Assembly: GCA_009103225.1 (NCBI GenBank) | Contig: RHPI01000810.1 | Location: 1,043,965-1,107,964 of the forward strand | DNA length: 64,000 nt | Source: Chlorokybus atmophyticus | Taxonomy: Eukaryota; Plantae; Mesostigma and Chlorokybus algae | Direction of reading: 5' to 3' | In this document: one piece after another, positions 1-11,875 of the stretch | How the letters are laid out: the number at the start of each line of letters is the position of its first letter | Position numbering within the stretch: position 1 is the stretch's first letter | The notes under the pieces: model-generated | Databases searched by the model: none | The model's input: the letters and a program-made list of their open reading frames with translations, nothing else | What the model was told of the DNA's origin: nothing | Made by a program: the position numbers and the translations under genes

Positions 1-520
1 CCCCCCATCTTGGCTGTGTGTGCATGTCCTGGTGTTTCAAGTGGTCTAAGTGTACCATTTTGGCAGTTAATGGCGGGACTCACGGTAGTAGACTTTGTGT
101 GGCTGGCTGTTGTTGGTGTTAGATAGCAGCAAAGCAGCATGTAGACCCGTGTTTTGTTTCTGCGTTTTCCCACGTAACATTCAACAATAATTCACCAGTG
201 TAACTTCACACACGCTTGTCCGCATACCCTCTTGCACGGTTGTTCCGTCCGTAGCTGGACTGGTTTATTGACACGCAGAGGTGACAGCGACAGCCTCCCT
301 TGCATTGCTTCGACCAGTCAGACAAGACACGCACAATCAAGGCGATGGCATCGCAATTTGCATTTTGCAGCAGCATTTTGTTAGAACATCCGCAGCCTGC
401 TGCGCACCTGCTGCCAGTCAGAGACATGGACACATCCGCCTTGTATGACATGGCGGAGTTGGGTAACACATGGGGTGAGTTGTTGTGTTATCCAGTAAGT
501 TGTTGTTGCCGCGTGTAGAC

Positions 521-3223
521 ATGCCTCCTTTCGTCCGCCCTCTCACCCTCGCCCTCTCCTTCCTCCTCCTCTTCATCACCATCGCCATCACACCCTTGGC
601 CAATGGTGCGGTCACCAACTTCAATGCCTGTGTATGTTGGCTTGGGGACGTACTGAATGTTCTATTCTACGCTGTCTGGTGCTGGTTTGCCTGCATGTGT
701 ACATGTTGCAGCCATCTAATTACACTTGATTGGAAGTGACCAATCTGACAACCCTGCCTGTTGCTGTGGTTGTTGTGTGGCATGCATGCCTGCCTGCCTG
801 CTTGTGTACGTTTGCGTGCGCGTGTGTGTCCCTCAGCGCAGCCCCACCATCACCATTGGACGACCGCGCCACTGTCTCCGGCCGCGTGTACTGCGACGCA
901 TGCCAGAACGGCCGCTACGACTTCGGCACCGACTACCCGCGCAGCAACACCGAGGAGCACACAGTCACAACAACATCAACATAGGTGTTGATGCGTGCAC
1001 TAACACACAACAACAGGTGCGACTCACCTGCTACGCCAATGATGAATCTATGTATCCGCCGAAAATCATTGAACTAACCGACGCGACAACCTTCACGAGG
1101 CTGAGGGTGTGTTCAACTTCACGCGCCTTGCTGGCACCGAAGAGTCCGCTGCCAGACAGGGTAAAAAAGTGTTGTGTCCAACCAACCATGCATGCATCTA
1201 TGCTTTTGAGTGTACACATACATGCGTGTGTGCATGCGCGCTTCTGTCTGTGTGTGTACGCGAGCGCGTGCATGCGTGGGTACATGCATTGACCTTCTCT
1301 GCACTTGCACACACCACAAACTTTTAACTCTTCACAGGTGCACACTTTGAGGATTGCCTGTTGCAAGTCAACCGTGTGGCTGCGCATTGCTTTGCTCCGG
1401 TGGTTCTCGCCAGCGCAACCTGCAAAAACCCGCGCGACAACCTCGGAGTCCTCCACGCGGGAACAAAGTACAATGCTGATGTGTGCTTCGCTGCAGTTCC
1501 CACACCAAAGAAGTGCGACAAAGACCATAGCCACAGGTCACCACTGGTACCATCACACCTTGGGCTGGCACTGTTCAGAGAGATTTATGCTCATGTGCAT
1601 GTGGGTGTTAACCATGCTTTCCTTTCCAGGTGTGCACGCAGTTTGGTGATCGACTTTTCATCCAAGAATGCCAGCAACGGGCGGACCACCTATGCGATAC
1701 AGAGCATGTCTCTGAGCAACGCGCGCGTGACGGACCTGTACAGCCACCTGACTAGAGCAGTACCCGCCAACGATTACACGCTGACGAGCGGCGTTCAAGT
1801 CATGAATGGTGCGCACCATGTGTATGAAGATACAACCACACATGCACAACTGATATTTGTGCTGCTTGTGGTGTGCGTGCAAGCATGCATGTGTGCGCAT
1901 ATGACATGTTTGCATGCTCACTCTGTGTGAGTATTAGACAGCCTCTACTGGACGGAGGGTTCATATACATATTCAACTGACCCAGCCTCTGAGACCGAGC
2001 GCGTGTTCACTATTCCGGCGACAGACACATCTGGTGGGGCGCAGCCGGCATCCCAAATCTTCAACACACCCGTTGACCCTGCTAGCTCCATCGAGAGCAT
2101 CGTGTTTTATGGCAAGTGTCCATGCACGTAAGAACAACATCCTCCTGTGTTGTGTATTGTATCGATATGTGGGTGCAGATGGCGGGCGCCCGTTCATTCT
2201 GTGATGGAACTCAACAAAAATTGTCAGCACGAACGCCAACTGGCGAGCGTCCCCATCACTGCTTTATAAGGGGGATCCTCCGCCCGAAATTGGCGCCATT
2301 ATTTCTCACACCATTCACGCTCTTTCAATAGACGACTCCGGTGCGTGACTCTCCCACACATGCTTCAGGTGCGGATAAGCATGCATGCTAGCTGACTCGT
2401 TGCCACGCAGTGGTGCCCAACATCGTATATTGGGTGGAGTTCATCCCTTACTACACCGGCGCTGGCAAGCCGGATGAGTACACACTCAAGGCAATCCCGC
2501 TGTGCAATTGCGACCGCGTGTTGCTGCTGGGCCTGCAGGTGGACTCCGGTGAGTGCTTGTGTATGTGTGGTTGTGGGCGTGATGAGGTGGTGACTACTGT
2601 TATCACAGTTCATGGACCACTCTACGTTGGGTACCTGTCTGTTCATGGGAACTCAAATCAAGATGAGTTCATCATGGCAGTGCACAACACTGGCAGGGAT
2701 GGGCTTGAGGCCATTTTGATAAAGCAGCTGGGAACAATCTTCTGCAACTTTCGCATCAACAAATATGCTGGTGAGAGTATGCAGCACACAGGACTGAGCG
2801 CATGCGCACAGCCTCACACGAGCATGTGCATACTCATCTTGTTGACGGGTCTGGTTAATTACGCGTGCGCGCATGCGTGCGTGTGTGTGAGTACACGTGA
2901 AATCTAGCATGACCCCTGACTTATACGCAGATTCTCCAGTCATGTACAGCAGCACGTTGCCATTCTCTCCTTCGGTTTATACATTGGTTGGTAGTACGAA
3001 GGCCATCTACAAGTTGCAGCTGGACTTGTCCAACAACACGAGCCCTGTGCTTGCCAAAGGCTATGCGGTCCACACGAGCCGCATTCCAGATAATGTTCAT
3101 AACAGCGACATACTGTATGGTAAGAGCTGGCTTTCATTGCTTGTAGTCTGTGCGAGGTGCATGTGTGTGAGATGAAGTGTTATCAACTGCGACTCAACAG
3201 GTGCAAATTGTCTTAAGCATTAG
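521..3223 (+). pseudogene. Family copy A: secreted Ole-e-1/SdrD-B-like + YWTD-like propeller gene, disrupted
   Basis: Signal peptide MPPFVRPLTLALSFLLLFITIAITPLAN (521-605), then exons collinear with copy E (GRVYCDACQNGRYD, FNFTRLA, DSLYWTEGS, IVYWVE, LYVGY, YKLQLDLSNN..DILYG). Lesions relative to the paralogues: 1-nt deletions near 840 and 1098, exon-2 donor GT changed to GA at 955, extra base near 1520, and an in-frame deletion in exon 8. Confidence 0.85.
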
Positions 3224-5189
3224 TGTGAACAAGGGTAAAGGGAGGCGTTTTGGATCAATATGTATCTAGGATTGTAGTGGGCGAGTCAGGTGTATTTGTT
3301 TGTGTCTGTGCGTACTGGGGGGGTATGTCTAGCGCATGCATCTCATCAAAGATGAAATGTGGGTGTATAAGCTATCGAATGAACATGTTGTAGAAGCTAG
3401 CTTGTACAAGCATGCATAACAGAAAAAGGGTATTGTACAACTTTGCATGACATGTTGTGCGGTGGTATGTGCGTTGGTAATACTTTGATGAGGTTTGGTT
3501 AGCAAATTTCTGGCTTTATGCTTGATCAATGTTTTGTTGTATTGTTGGTTTGATGATTAACTTCATCATCAACGAGTTGATGATAATAGTGTATACCGGC
3601 AGTTTTGGTGCTTATTTTCATTAGGACTTGTAGCAAACTGTTCAAGTCGATGTGCATGTATGCAAGGCAAGGTGTGCACAAGCGCAACTTCTGCGGAGTT
3701 CTCCCCAACAACTTGTAATAAGCAGGGGAGTTTCGGCTCTTAAGTCAACCTCCATGTGATGCGAACCGGAACATCCGACGATGGTTGTCATGGCATGAGC
3801 ACTTATTACATGCAGTATCACACTAGGCAGGTTGCTGGGAGACACATGCAGCTGCACACACACGTACCAGAGAGGGGCTACTCTACTTCATGCATGCAGC
3901 AACCCTATACATTACAATGCAAACCACATAGAGATTGCAGCCATAAGAGCTCTACAGTTATGTAGTTGTACAGACTATATGCTAAAGGGAGGGACGTGTC
4001 AAGGGGTTGGCATTGCTTATTCCTCCGCCCATGTGTCCACTATGCACATGACGTAGATCCCTTTCTTGATGTGGAGGATAAGCTGAGGAGAAGCCGTTCA
4101 ATGCACCGCATTGCTTATCGGCTTTGCAAAACTTGCATTAGACCAACATCCCCAACTGGGGGCTCCACCGTGAAACGGATGTCGTAGCACCCAGGGTTCG
4201 TCTCTCTTGTGCTAGCAACCAGACCCGCGCTCACAGCGTCAGGGTCCGCTTTGCTGCGGACCATGTGCATCGCTTGGGCACGACGAAGCATTGGAGCCAC
4301 CTACCGCCGCCATCATGCACCACCACTGCATGCAAATTATGGCAACATTACCTTAAGGCTGCCACCTCAGCTATAGAGAGGCCGCACTCAAACCGAATTC
4401 TGATTCAGATCGACCGCGATCACTATCAACGACTCAAATGCCTTGCGAGCAAAACAGACCGGATGCAAGACGACGGACGGTTATGGCAGTACCAGCCGTC
4501 ACTAAAGCAGTGGTAGAAGTACCCTGCTAGCATTCTCAATTAGCTAGTTGTTAATGCAAGTCCTTGTTGTTAGCCTTTTCTAAGCGATGCCTTTCCTATG
4601 CCTTGTGGTTAGCTTCTTTTAATGTATACTTCTTGCTTGAACTCTAACCAAAAGGCAATTGTTCTTGGCTTGAAGAGTGTGAGAGTTTGAGCAGTGCGTG
4701 GCAGCAGAAAGAAGTTGAGGAACCCACCCACTCTCGAGCCGCATCATCCAAAAGTAAACCAGAGGACGACAGCACACTCACTATGCCGTCACGTCGTCAT
4801 CAAGGACATGTAATGGTCAGTGCAACGGTCAGGAGTTTGACCGGTAGAGGAACTCGTTTATCGCTGAAATGCAGAAGCAAGACTCTTGCTTCCGTCTTCG
4901 GAAAGACGAGGATCTTAGCTAACAGCGCATGAACAATTCAGTCAGCTTTCGCAGTATTTGAATAGTAGACCCTACAAGGCTTACCAGATATTAAAAGTAT
5001 AAAAAATAGTTTGAGAAAGACAAGCTGGTTTTGTTGCAATATCCGGTTAATAAAGGGGAGTTCATACCCAAATGTGAAAATTCAAAGAACCAACGACAGA
5101 ACAGGCCGCAACAGCAGGCAGGGAAGACGAGACGAAGAGTGAAACTCAGCTGGAGGCACGGAAGAACCTGGAGAAAGCCTAGTCCTTAA

Positions 5190-5997
5190 ACCTACCTGCA
5201 TCTGACTTCTTGAGAAGGTTGGAGAAGAAGTACCGAAGGGACGCTGCACGCACCTACGAGGAGTCGCAGCAATTTCAGACTAAAGCTGGGAAGAACATCG
5301 GTGATATGCATTACAAATTGCGCACCCCGTGGGACGATGCTGCAACCGGATGCACAGAGAAATGCAAGTATGTGGACAGTTCCTCCAAAAGCTACCATAC
5401 AAGCTCTATTTTGCTGTCCGTGCTGAGATTGACAGGAAATATAACAAGATGGAGGATAGGAAGTTCGACATCTAAGGTGAGATTGATAGGCATAAGGAGT
5501 GAGAGAGCAAGAAGATCGAGCTGGTGATGAAGATCAACACGGCTGCCAGCTCCTCCAGCAGTCAGCTTAAAACAAAAGACGATTGGAGCAAGAAGCCCTT
5601 CACCAAGCAGGCACATGTTGCAGAACAAAAGAAGGGACCAACACCTGCAGCTAAAAACTCGACCGCAAGCTGTTTTTGCTGTGGCGCTGGCAGTTACCGA
5701 AGAGAGGAGCGCCCACAATGGAAAGAAGGCAAGGTAGAATGCGAACACTGTGAAAGGAAGGGTCACACCGAGCAAGGCTGCTGGGGGAATTACCAAGAGA
5801 GGAGACCAGCCAAGCAAGGTGCTGCTCGGGAGGCAAACACAGCTGCTGCTCAGCCTACAACTTACACACAGGCTCAAGTGGACGCTATGATGGCGTGTAA
5901 GATGCAAGAGATGGAGGCTCTTATGGCTTCAATGACTGCGCGCCTGGATGAAATGACATTGCACTGCATAGTTGCATATTACAAAGTACAAGTATAA
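5190..5997 (+). mobile_element. Decayed LTR-retrotransposon gag (Ty3/Gypsy-type) with CCHC zinc knuckle
   Basis: Overlapping frameshifted ORFs 5210-5527 and 5524-5997. Retrotrans-gag-like segment (RRLEKKYRRDAARTYEESQQFQTKAG..) and zinc knuckle CEHCERKGHTEQGCW. Confidence 0.7.
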
Positions 5998-6269
5998 ATA
6001 CAACAAGTCACCCATAGCAGTATTATGCGGTATTCTTAAGTAATTCACGTAATATGTGATTCGAATACGTTTTAAACACAAACTTTATTACATATGTGCA
6101 AAGTGAGCCACCAAGAAGTTGCAACTGGTAATAAACGCAAAAGCAAAACAAGATACTTAATGTTAAGCCACAGGCTTACTCAACTCTATGACTACATCAT
6201 TGTCAGGGTCAGAGTTTGACACCCAAGACATAAATTGCTCCTCGTAGCTAACTCATGATGCCTTTCTGA

Positions 6270-8055
6270 CAGGCAAGCTGGCACGGTGGGCATTATTGCT
6301 GCAGGAGTATAACTCTGAGGTGGAGCAACAGGAAGGCCTGTCCAACCAGGACGCAGTCGGCCTTAATCGCAACCTCAGCACCAACGATGCGACAGGAGCC
6401 CGACACGAGTTGGCACCTGCAGCCGCACCTCCAGGTGTAGCGGCCATATTCGCTGTCGTTGCGCTACGCTCAAAACGCAAGACCCAGGCCACTGAGGCAG
6501 CAGCAGACGAGGACGTGCCTTCTCTCGGGCCCACCGTCAGCGGCACAGAATTCTTACCAGAGGAAGCGCTCGCCGCCGACCCTGAGGTGGACGATGAGGA
6601 GTTGGCACCCACCGATACGCGACAGGTTATCTTGCTTGACAAGCCATCCCTCGCACTGCACCGGACTGGACAGCTTCCAGCAGGCATAAGCGCGCGCGAA
6701 AAGAACATCAGTCAACGCACTCAGCGCTATCGCTGGGCCGACGACAAGCTATATCAACGAATACAGAATGAGGACAAAGAGGTCCAAACACCAGCTACGC
6801 GAGAAGGCATTATTGCTGCTCTTTACATCGAGCTCGGACACTTCGGTGTCAAGCGCATGGCCAATTTGGTCAGGACTCTGTACTTGTGATATGGGGTGCA
6901 CAAACAGGTGGGCGAGATCGTCAGCGACTTCCAGCAGTGTGACATGGTCCGCGCGAGCCTCAACACGCGCAACGTCACCTTGCATCCCCTCCCCATCTCG
7001 GGATTGTTCTACCGCTCGGGACTAGACATCCTCGGGGACTTATCGCCCTTAACACGAGGCAACCGCTACATCTTTGTCATGATCGAGCACTTCTCCAAGT
7101 GGGTGGAGCTGGTGCCCCTGCCCGACAAGAGCAACGAGGGAGTAGCCCAGACTTTCCTCTCCCATGTACTCGGACGCTTCGGCAGCTGTGCCGAAGTCAT
7201 CACCAACCAAGGTACGGAGTTCAGAGGAGCCTTGGACAAGCTCATGGACAGAAGCTTCATCGATCATCGCCGTATTTCATGCGACCATTCACAAGCCGAT
7301 GGTCTCACTGAGCGTACCGTGCAAACCATCAAGAAGGCTTTGTGCAAGTACGTCCTCGACTACGACAAGAGCACATGGGATGACCACCTCCCATGGGTAG
7401 CGCTGGGGTACTGGCTGTCCAAGCAGGCAGCACTGCGGGAGTACAGCCCATACTATTTGCTGTTTGGAAGGCAGCCATTGCTCCCTCTTTGCGCACAGCA
7501 AGAGGTCGGCAGGGTGGTGGACAATCTCGACAACCCCGACGAGATGCTGTATAATCTGACAGTGCGCAGCGCGCTGTTCGAGCACACTGTCCCCATGGCC
7601 TTCAACAATTTGCGCATCGCTCAGCACCGCGGCACACTTCGCTACAAGCGTGTGCGCAGCGGTTTTTACAAAGAGCGCGAACGCCGCTTCCAGCCATGAG
7701 ACTTCATCTACCGCATGGCGACCACACACGACACCCTCGACACCTCCGTCGGGCGCGCTGTCTATAAGGTATTGAAGGTGTATCCCACAGGGGTATTGAA
7801 CCTTATGGGCCAACAGGGCGAGCACATGAAGGACAACATGGTGAATTGCGCGCCCTGTCATCTTCCCCACGTTGCTGGCTTCGGCAAGGTCCAGCACCCG
7901 CGACCGCTGCGAAGCACCTGCTGCGAGAAATGTGGCAGTGCCGACAACAACCTAGTGATGCTGCGAAGGCTGCAACTAAGGCATGCACTGTTACTGCATT
8001 GACCCTCCATTGGACAAGGTGCCGCTGTGGAAGTATTTGGTGCTATGACTGCCGC
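6270..8055 (+). mobile_element. Ty3/Gypsy pol remnant: RNase H C-terminus, integrase and C-terminal PHD finger; protease and RT absent
   Basis: KLARWALLLQEY..GLSNQDAVGLNR (RNase H end). GHFGVKR zinc-binding region. Integrase core GLDILG..RYIFVMIEHFSKW..ITNQGTEF..DGLTERTVQTIK, with the second catalytic D read as N. In-frame stops near 6887 and 7697. Frameshifted C4HC3 motif CEKC..CEGC..HCYC..CYDC at ~7920-8055. Confidence 0.9.
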
Positions 8056-8090
8056 ATCAATGGTCCCCCACACAGTCGGTAGAAGTCGAG

Positions 8091-8208
8091 TACTGGAGCA
8101 GGAGGCTACCCCAGAGCCTCAGGGGGGGTGGCTTGTTGACTGTGTGTACTACTGGAGCAGGAGGCTACCCCAGAGCCTCAGGGGGGGTGGCTTGTTGACT
8201 GTGTGTAC
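8091..8208 (+). repeat. Two tandem 59-bp copies, each containing a polypurine-tract-like AGGGGGGG
   Basis: tactggagcaggaggctaccccagagcctcagggggggtggcttgttgactgtgtgtac occurs at 8091 and again at 8150. Confidence 0.9.
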
Positions 8209-9296
8209 TACAGCATAGTAGGTACAGTAAGGAGGAGAGCGTCACCAGCTCTACTACTGATCAGATCCTCACATAGGTTCATCCCTGAGCCTATGCCTAT
8301 GTTTGGGGGGTTGTCTTTTTTTGTGTTGCTCTAATGCTGCGCGTAGCACCAGCATGCCCACGGCATGGGCGCTCTGCAGTGTGCCCGAGACGGCGTGACC
8401 CTCGGCCATGGCAGGCACGACAGCTATCATGCCAAACACCCTCGCATGTCAGTCCTCCTCGAGCATGCCAACATCCACCCCTCAGCCCGGGCTACCACTG
8501 GCAGCATGACGACCGTGCGCGCCCCAGCCTACTTTGTACCTCATGTAGCATGTAGCTAGGGCTACTCCATAGACATCTCTGTAAGAACTGCGCGTAGCTG
8601 ATCTTAGGAATTTGTTATTAGCTCATGTGCTATATCAGGTCTTATGAGATTTTCGTAGTATCATACGGCCTCGATGTGACTGTTGGCCTACTGCCTGCAT
8701 GGCACTGCACAGTCACGACTTGACATGTATAAGTAGGAAGTCAAGTCATTAGACTCGCTGGTGACACTGTGAGTGAGTACCAAGAGTAAAGACTCGGACT
8801 TTAAGAGCTTGTCAAGCAACTTTAACTGGAAGCACGGCGTCCTGTTGCCAAGAATTGCCTTACTGCGTGAGACACGGTGTATGCTCTTGTGCGCTGTGCT
8901 CGCCATTGCTGTGAGCTTGGTGGTGGTGTGTTTGCTGCATCAGTCAGGATATAGCATCTCTGAGTTGCTTGTTCATTCATCTTACTTAACAGTGTAACAC
9001 ATCATCCACTCATGCAAAGAACTGTGTGTACAGCACTACCTATTGTAGTGGCTTGTTGACTGTGTGTACTGTGTGTACTACAGCACAGTAGGTACAGTAA
9101 GGAGGAGAGCGTCACCAGCTCTACTACTGATCAGATCCTCACATCGGTTCATCCCTGAGCATATGCCTATGTCTGGGGGGTTGTCTTTGTTTGTGTTGCC
9201 CTAATGCTGCGCGTAGCACCAGCATGCCCACTGCATGGGCGCTCGTCTGCAGTGTGCCCGAGACGGCGTGACCCTCGACCATGGCAGGCACGACAG
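8188..9296 (+). mobile_element. Putative 3' LTR (TG start directly after the PPT) followed by a second partial LTR copy
   Basis: A ~240-bp near-identical direct repeat at 8188-8423 and 9049-9296, both starting TGGCTTGTTGACTGTG. The first follows the G7 tract immediately downstream of integrase/PHD. Possible LTR end TGTAACA near 8999. Confidence 0.6.
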
Positions 9297-9830
9297 TCCT
9301 CTTTTGCCTCTACCCTATCCTCATCTTCTAAGCTGAGGTGAAGAAGGGAGGAGGATGCATGGGTAGAGAAAAGATGTGATGTGCTAGATGATGCTTGCGC
9401 ATTGCCTGTTGTAAGGGGTCGTGAGATCGGACTGCTGTCGTCTAGGATTTGCTCGTTGCTGCGGAATTGAACCTGGGTGGTGATGAAGTGGTGGGCTGGA
9501 AGGGGTTGAAGTGAGTGTGAAGAGTGGGGTGTGGGGGCTAAGATGAGGGCAAACGGGGAAAGTCTGACCGGAGGAGATCCGTTGGCATCATTTCCGCCAT
9601 CACTTCCTCAAGCTTCTGCCGTCCTAACTGCGTACACTGCTCTCACTGCCCAATTGACATAAATACGTTTTTGTTTTTTGGAGAAAGGGGTGGGTTAGGC
9701 TGCTAGAGGTCTAGTTGCGGGGGCCCATTCCGTCCCCCACGCCCCTAACATGTCAATCGCCAGCTGTGCCAAGTGGGAGGTGAGCCGCCGCTAGGGTTTT
9801 ACAAGCCGACTGATACATCAACTCCAACTT

Positions 9831-11131
9831 CGAGACCTTGCGCGTGTTCACGATCTCGGCAACCGACACATCGGGTGAGGTTGCAGCCGGCATCTCAGAT
9901 CTTTAGCGCATACATGACACTAAGAGTACCGTGTTACATGGCAAGTGTCTATGCACACACATAAAACAGCACCCTCTTTTGTTGTGTACAATATGTATCA
10001 CATTAACATTGGCGTGCGGATGGCGGGCGCTGGTTTGTTGTGTGGTGGAACGCAATAAACATTGTCAGCACCAACAACGGGCGGGCCCCGGTACCGCTGT
10101 ACACAACACCATGTTACTCGCTCGCAGAACGTGTCGGCTCCCACACCATTGACGCCCTCACTGTAGACGACTCGGGTGTGTGACTTTCGTACATGTCAAA
10201 TTAACCCACGCACGCACGCTATCTTGTCGGCATGCAGCTTTGCCCAAAGTGTATTGAGTGGAGTTTAACACTTACTACAACAGCAAGCCGGCTGCGTACG
10301 TGCTCAAGCGCGGGGATAAATGCCAACGAGACGCGGCTCACCAACATACGGACATTTCCACCGTTCAACCCCGAACCTGGCTACGGCTCTTTGCTGTTGG
10401 ACATGCAGCTGGACTTTGGTAAGCGGTGCTTGGGTGTATGCGTGCGTGCGTGCATGATGAAGTTGTTGCTTGTCGGTGTTGCAGTTCACGGACGGCTCTA
10501 CGTTGGGCACTTGACGGATGGTGAGTTTATTATTGTGATAAAACCGTTTAGCACTTTCTTCTACAACTTTTGCGCCGACATCTACACTGGTAAGACTGGT
10601 GATGACAAGGCATGGTCATGGCTTGTCACGTGCAGCACGCTGACTGGAATTGGGCTTAATACGTAAGTTTGTGCGTATGTATATAGCATTGGTGTGCGCG
10701 CAAGCGCATGTGCATGTGGGTGTGTGCATATTCATAGTAGCGCGCGGGCTTGTGTGCATGCGCAGGCACGCTCATGTCAAGGTGTGTGGTTTGTGCGTGT
10801 ACAAGGTGTGTGCGTGCGTGTCTGTGAGTGTGCATGGTCCGGCATGACCTCTCAAGTTGTATGCAGACCCACCGATCCTTTACAGCAGCACGCTGTCGTA
10901 CTCTTCTATTGCCAGAACATACATCGACCTTCTTGCGGCCATTTACAAGCTGCAGCTCAACATGTCCAACAACACCCGGCACATTGGTCTCATTCCTCGG
11001 TGTAATTGCAGTTGACATCCTATACGGTAAGCGCTGGCTCTCTATCTTCTGTACTGACGGTGCACGTGATGTGGATTTGTGAAATAAGGTGTGGCTGACC
11101 GTGTTTAGGGGCAACGGCGAGAGTTTGCTGA
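9831..11131 (+). pseudogene. Family copy B: 5'-truncated pseudogene (exons 6-11 only)
   Basis: Starts inside the exon-6 homologue (RVFTISATDTSG). Contains DGGRWFVVWWN, VY*VEFNTYY (TGA at 10255), HGRLYVGH and YKLQLN..DILYG. The exon-7 acceptor is mutated, and no signal-peptide or N-domain exons are seen upstream. Confidence 0.85.
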
Positions 11132-11875
11132 AGTGAAGTGAAGTGAAGTTAAGTGTGTCTGTTGTGCGGGTGCCTAGGGTATGCTTAGTATATTGGATGA
11201 GGATGACCTCATGTAATCTGACAGGTCTTAAAGATGCATTGTTGAATACACAACATCATGCGACACTTGAGTGATGCATACCTATGAATGATTTATAGGA
11301 GTGGAAAGACATGACAATGGGACAAAAAATTTGATTGTGACTTGGTGTGTTGGTAGGTGCAATGTGAAGATACATGGCATGCTTGTATGTGCAATGACAT
11401 TTATAAGCGGGTAAACAGCAGAACATGCAAGAATCGACACGCTGCCATTCATGCATTGCCGATCCGTACATTAACAAAAGGCTGACTGTTTATGTTGTAC
11501 CTATGTCCCCAAGCGAGCTCACACTTGCTAACGACATTGACCCAGCAACACACAATGCTGGAACCAACAGTTCCGCAATTCCCACATCAAATAATATCAA
11601 GCGAAGAACCCGCCAATCTGCGCTGCATGTCTAGTACTGTGTTGAAGCATGCGTTGAACATGTACTTACGACTTTGCTATACATTCTCATGCTAGCTGTT
11701 CTCCATGTCACTACAACGTTACTGTACAGGCTCTATATACACATAGTTGCCCTTTTGATCTTTATACACACCCGCACTGTAAGATGCCTGACGGAAACTC
11801 TCGACCAACCCTACTCGCACGCCGCAGCTGCAGATAGACCCCACAGCAAGACTCTTCCCCTGCGCTTTGACACGC

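Noticed and set aside
8091-8208. Short direct repeats as a CRISPR array
   Set aside because: Only two adjacent units, no spacers, and a eukaryotic retroelement context.
9300-9760. Possible LINE ORF2 C-terminal debris (similar hints at 19300-19720, 27400-27800 and 49870-50150)
   Set aside because: Too degenerate to assign without a profile search.
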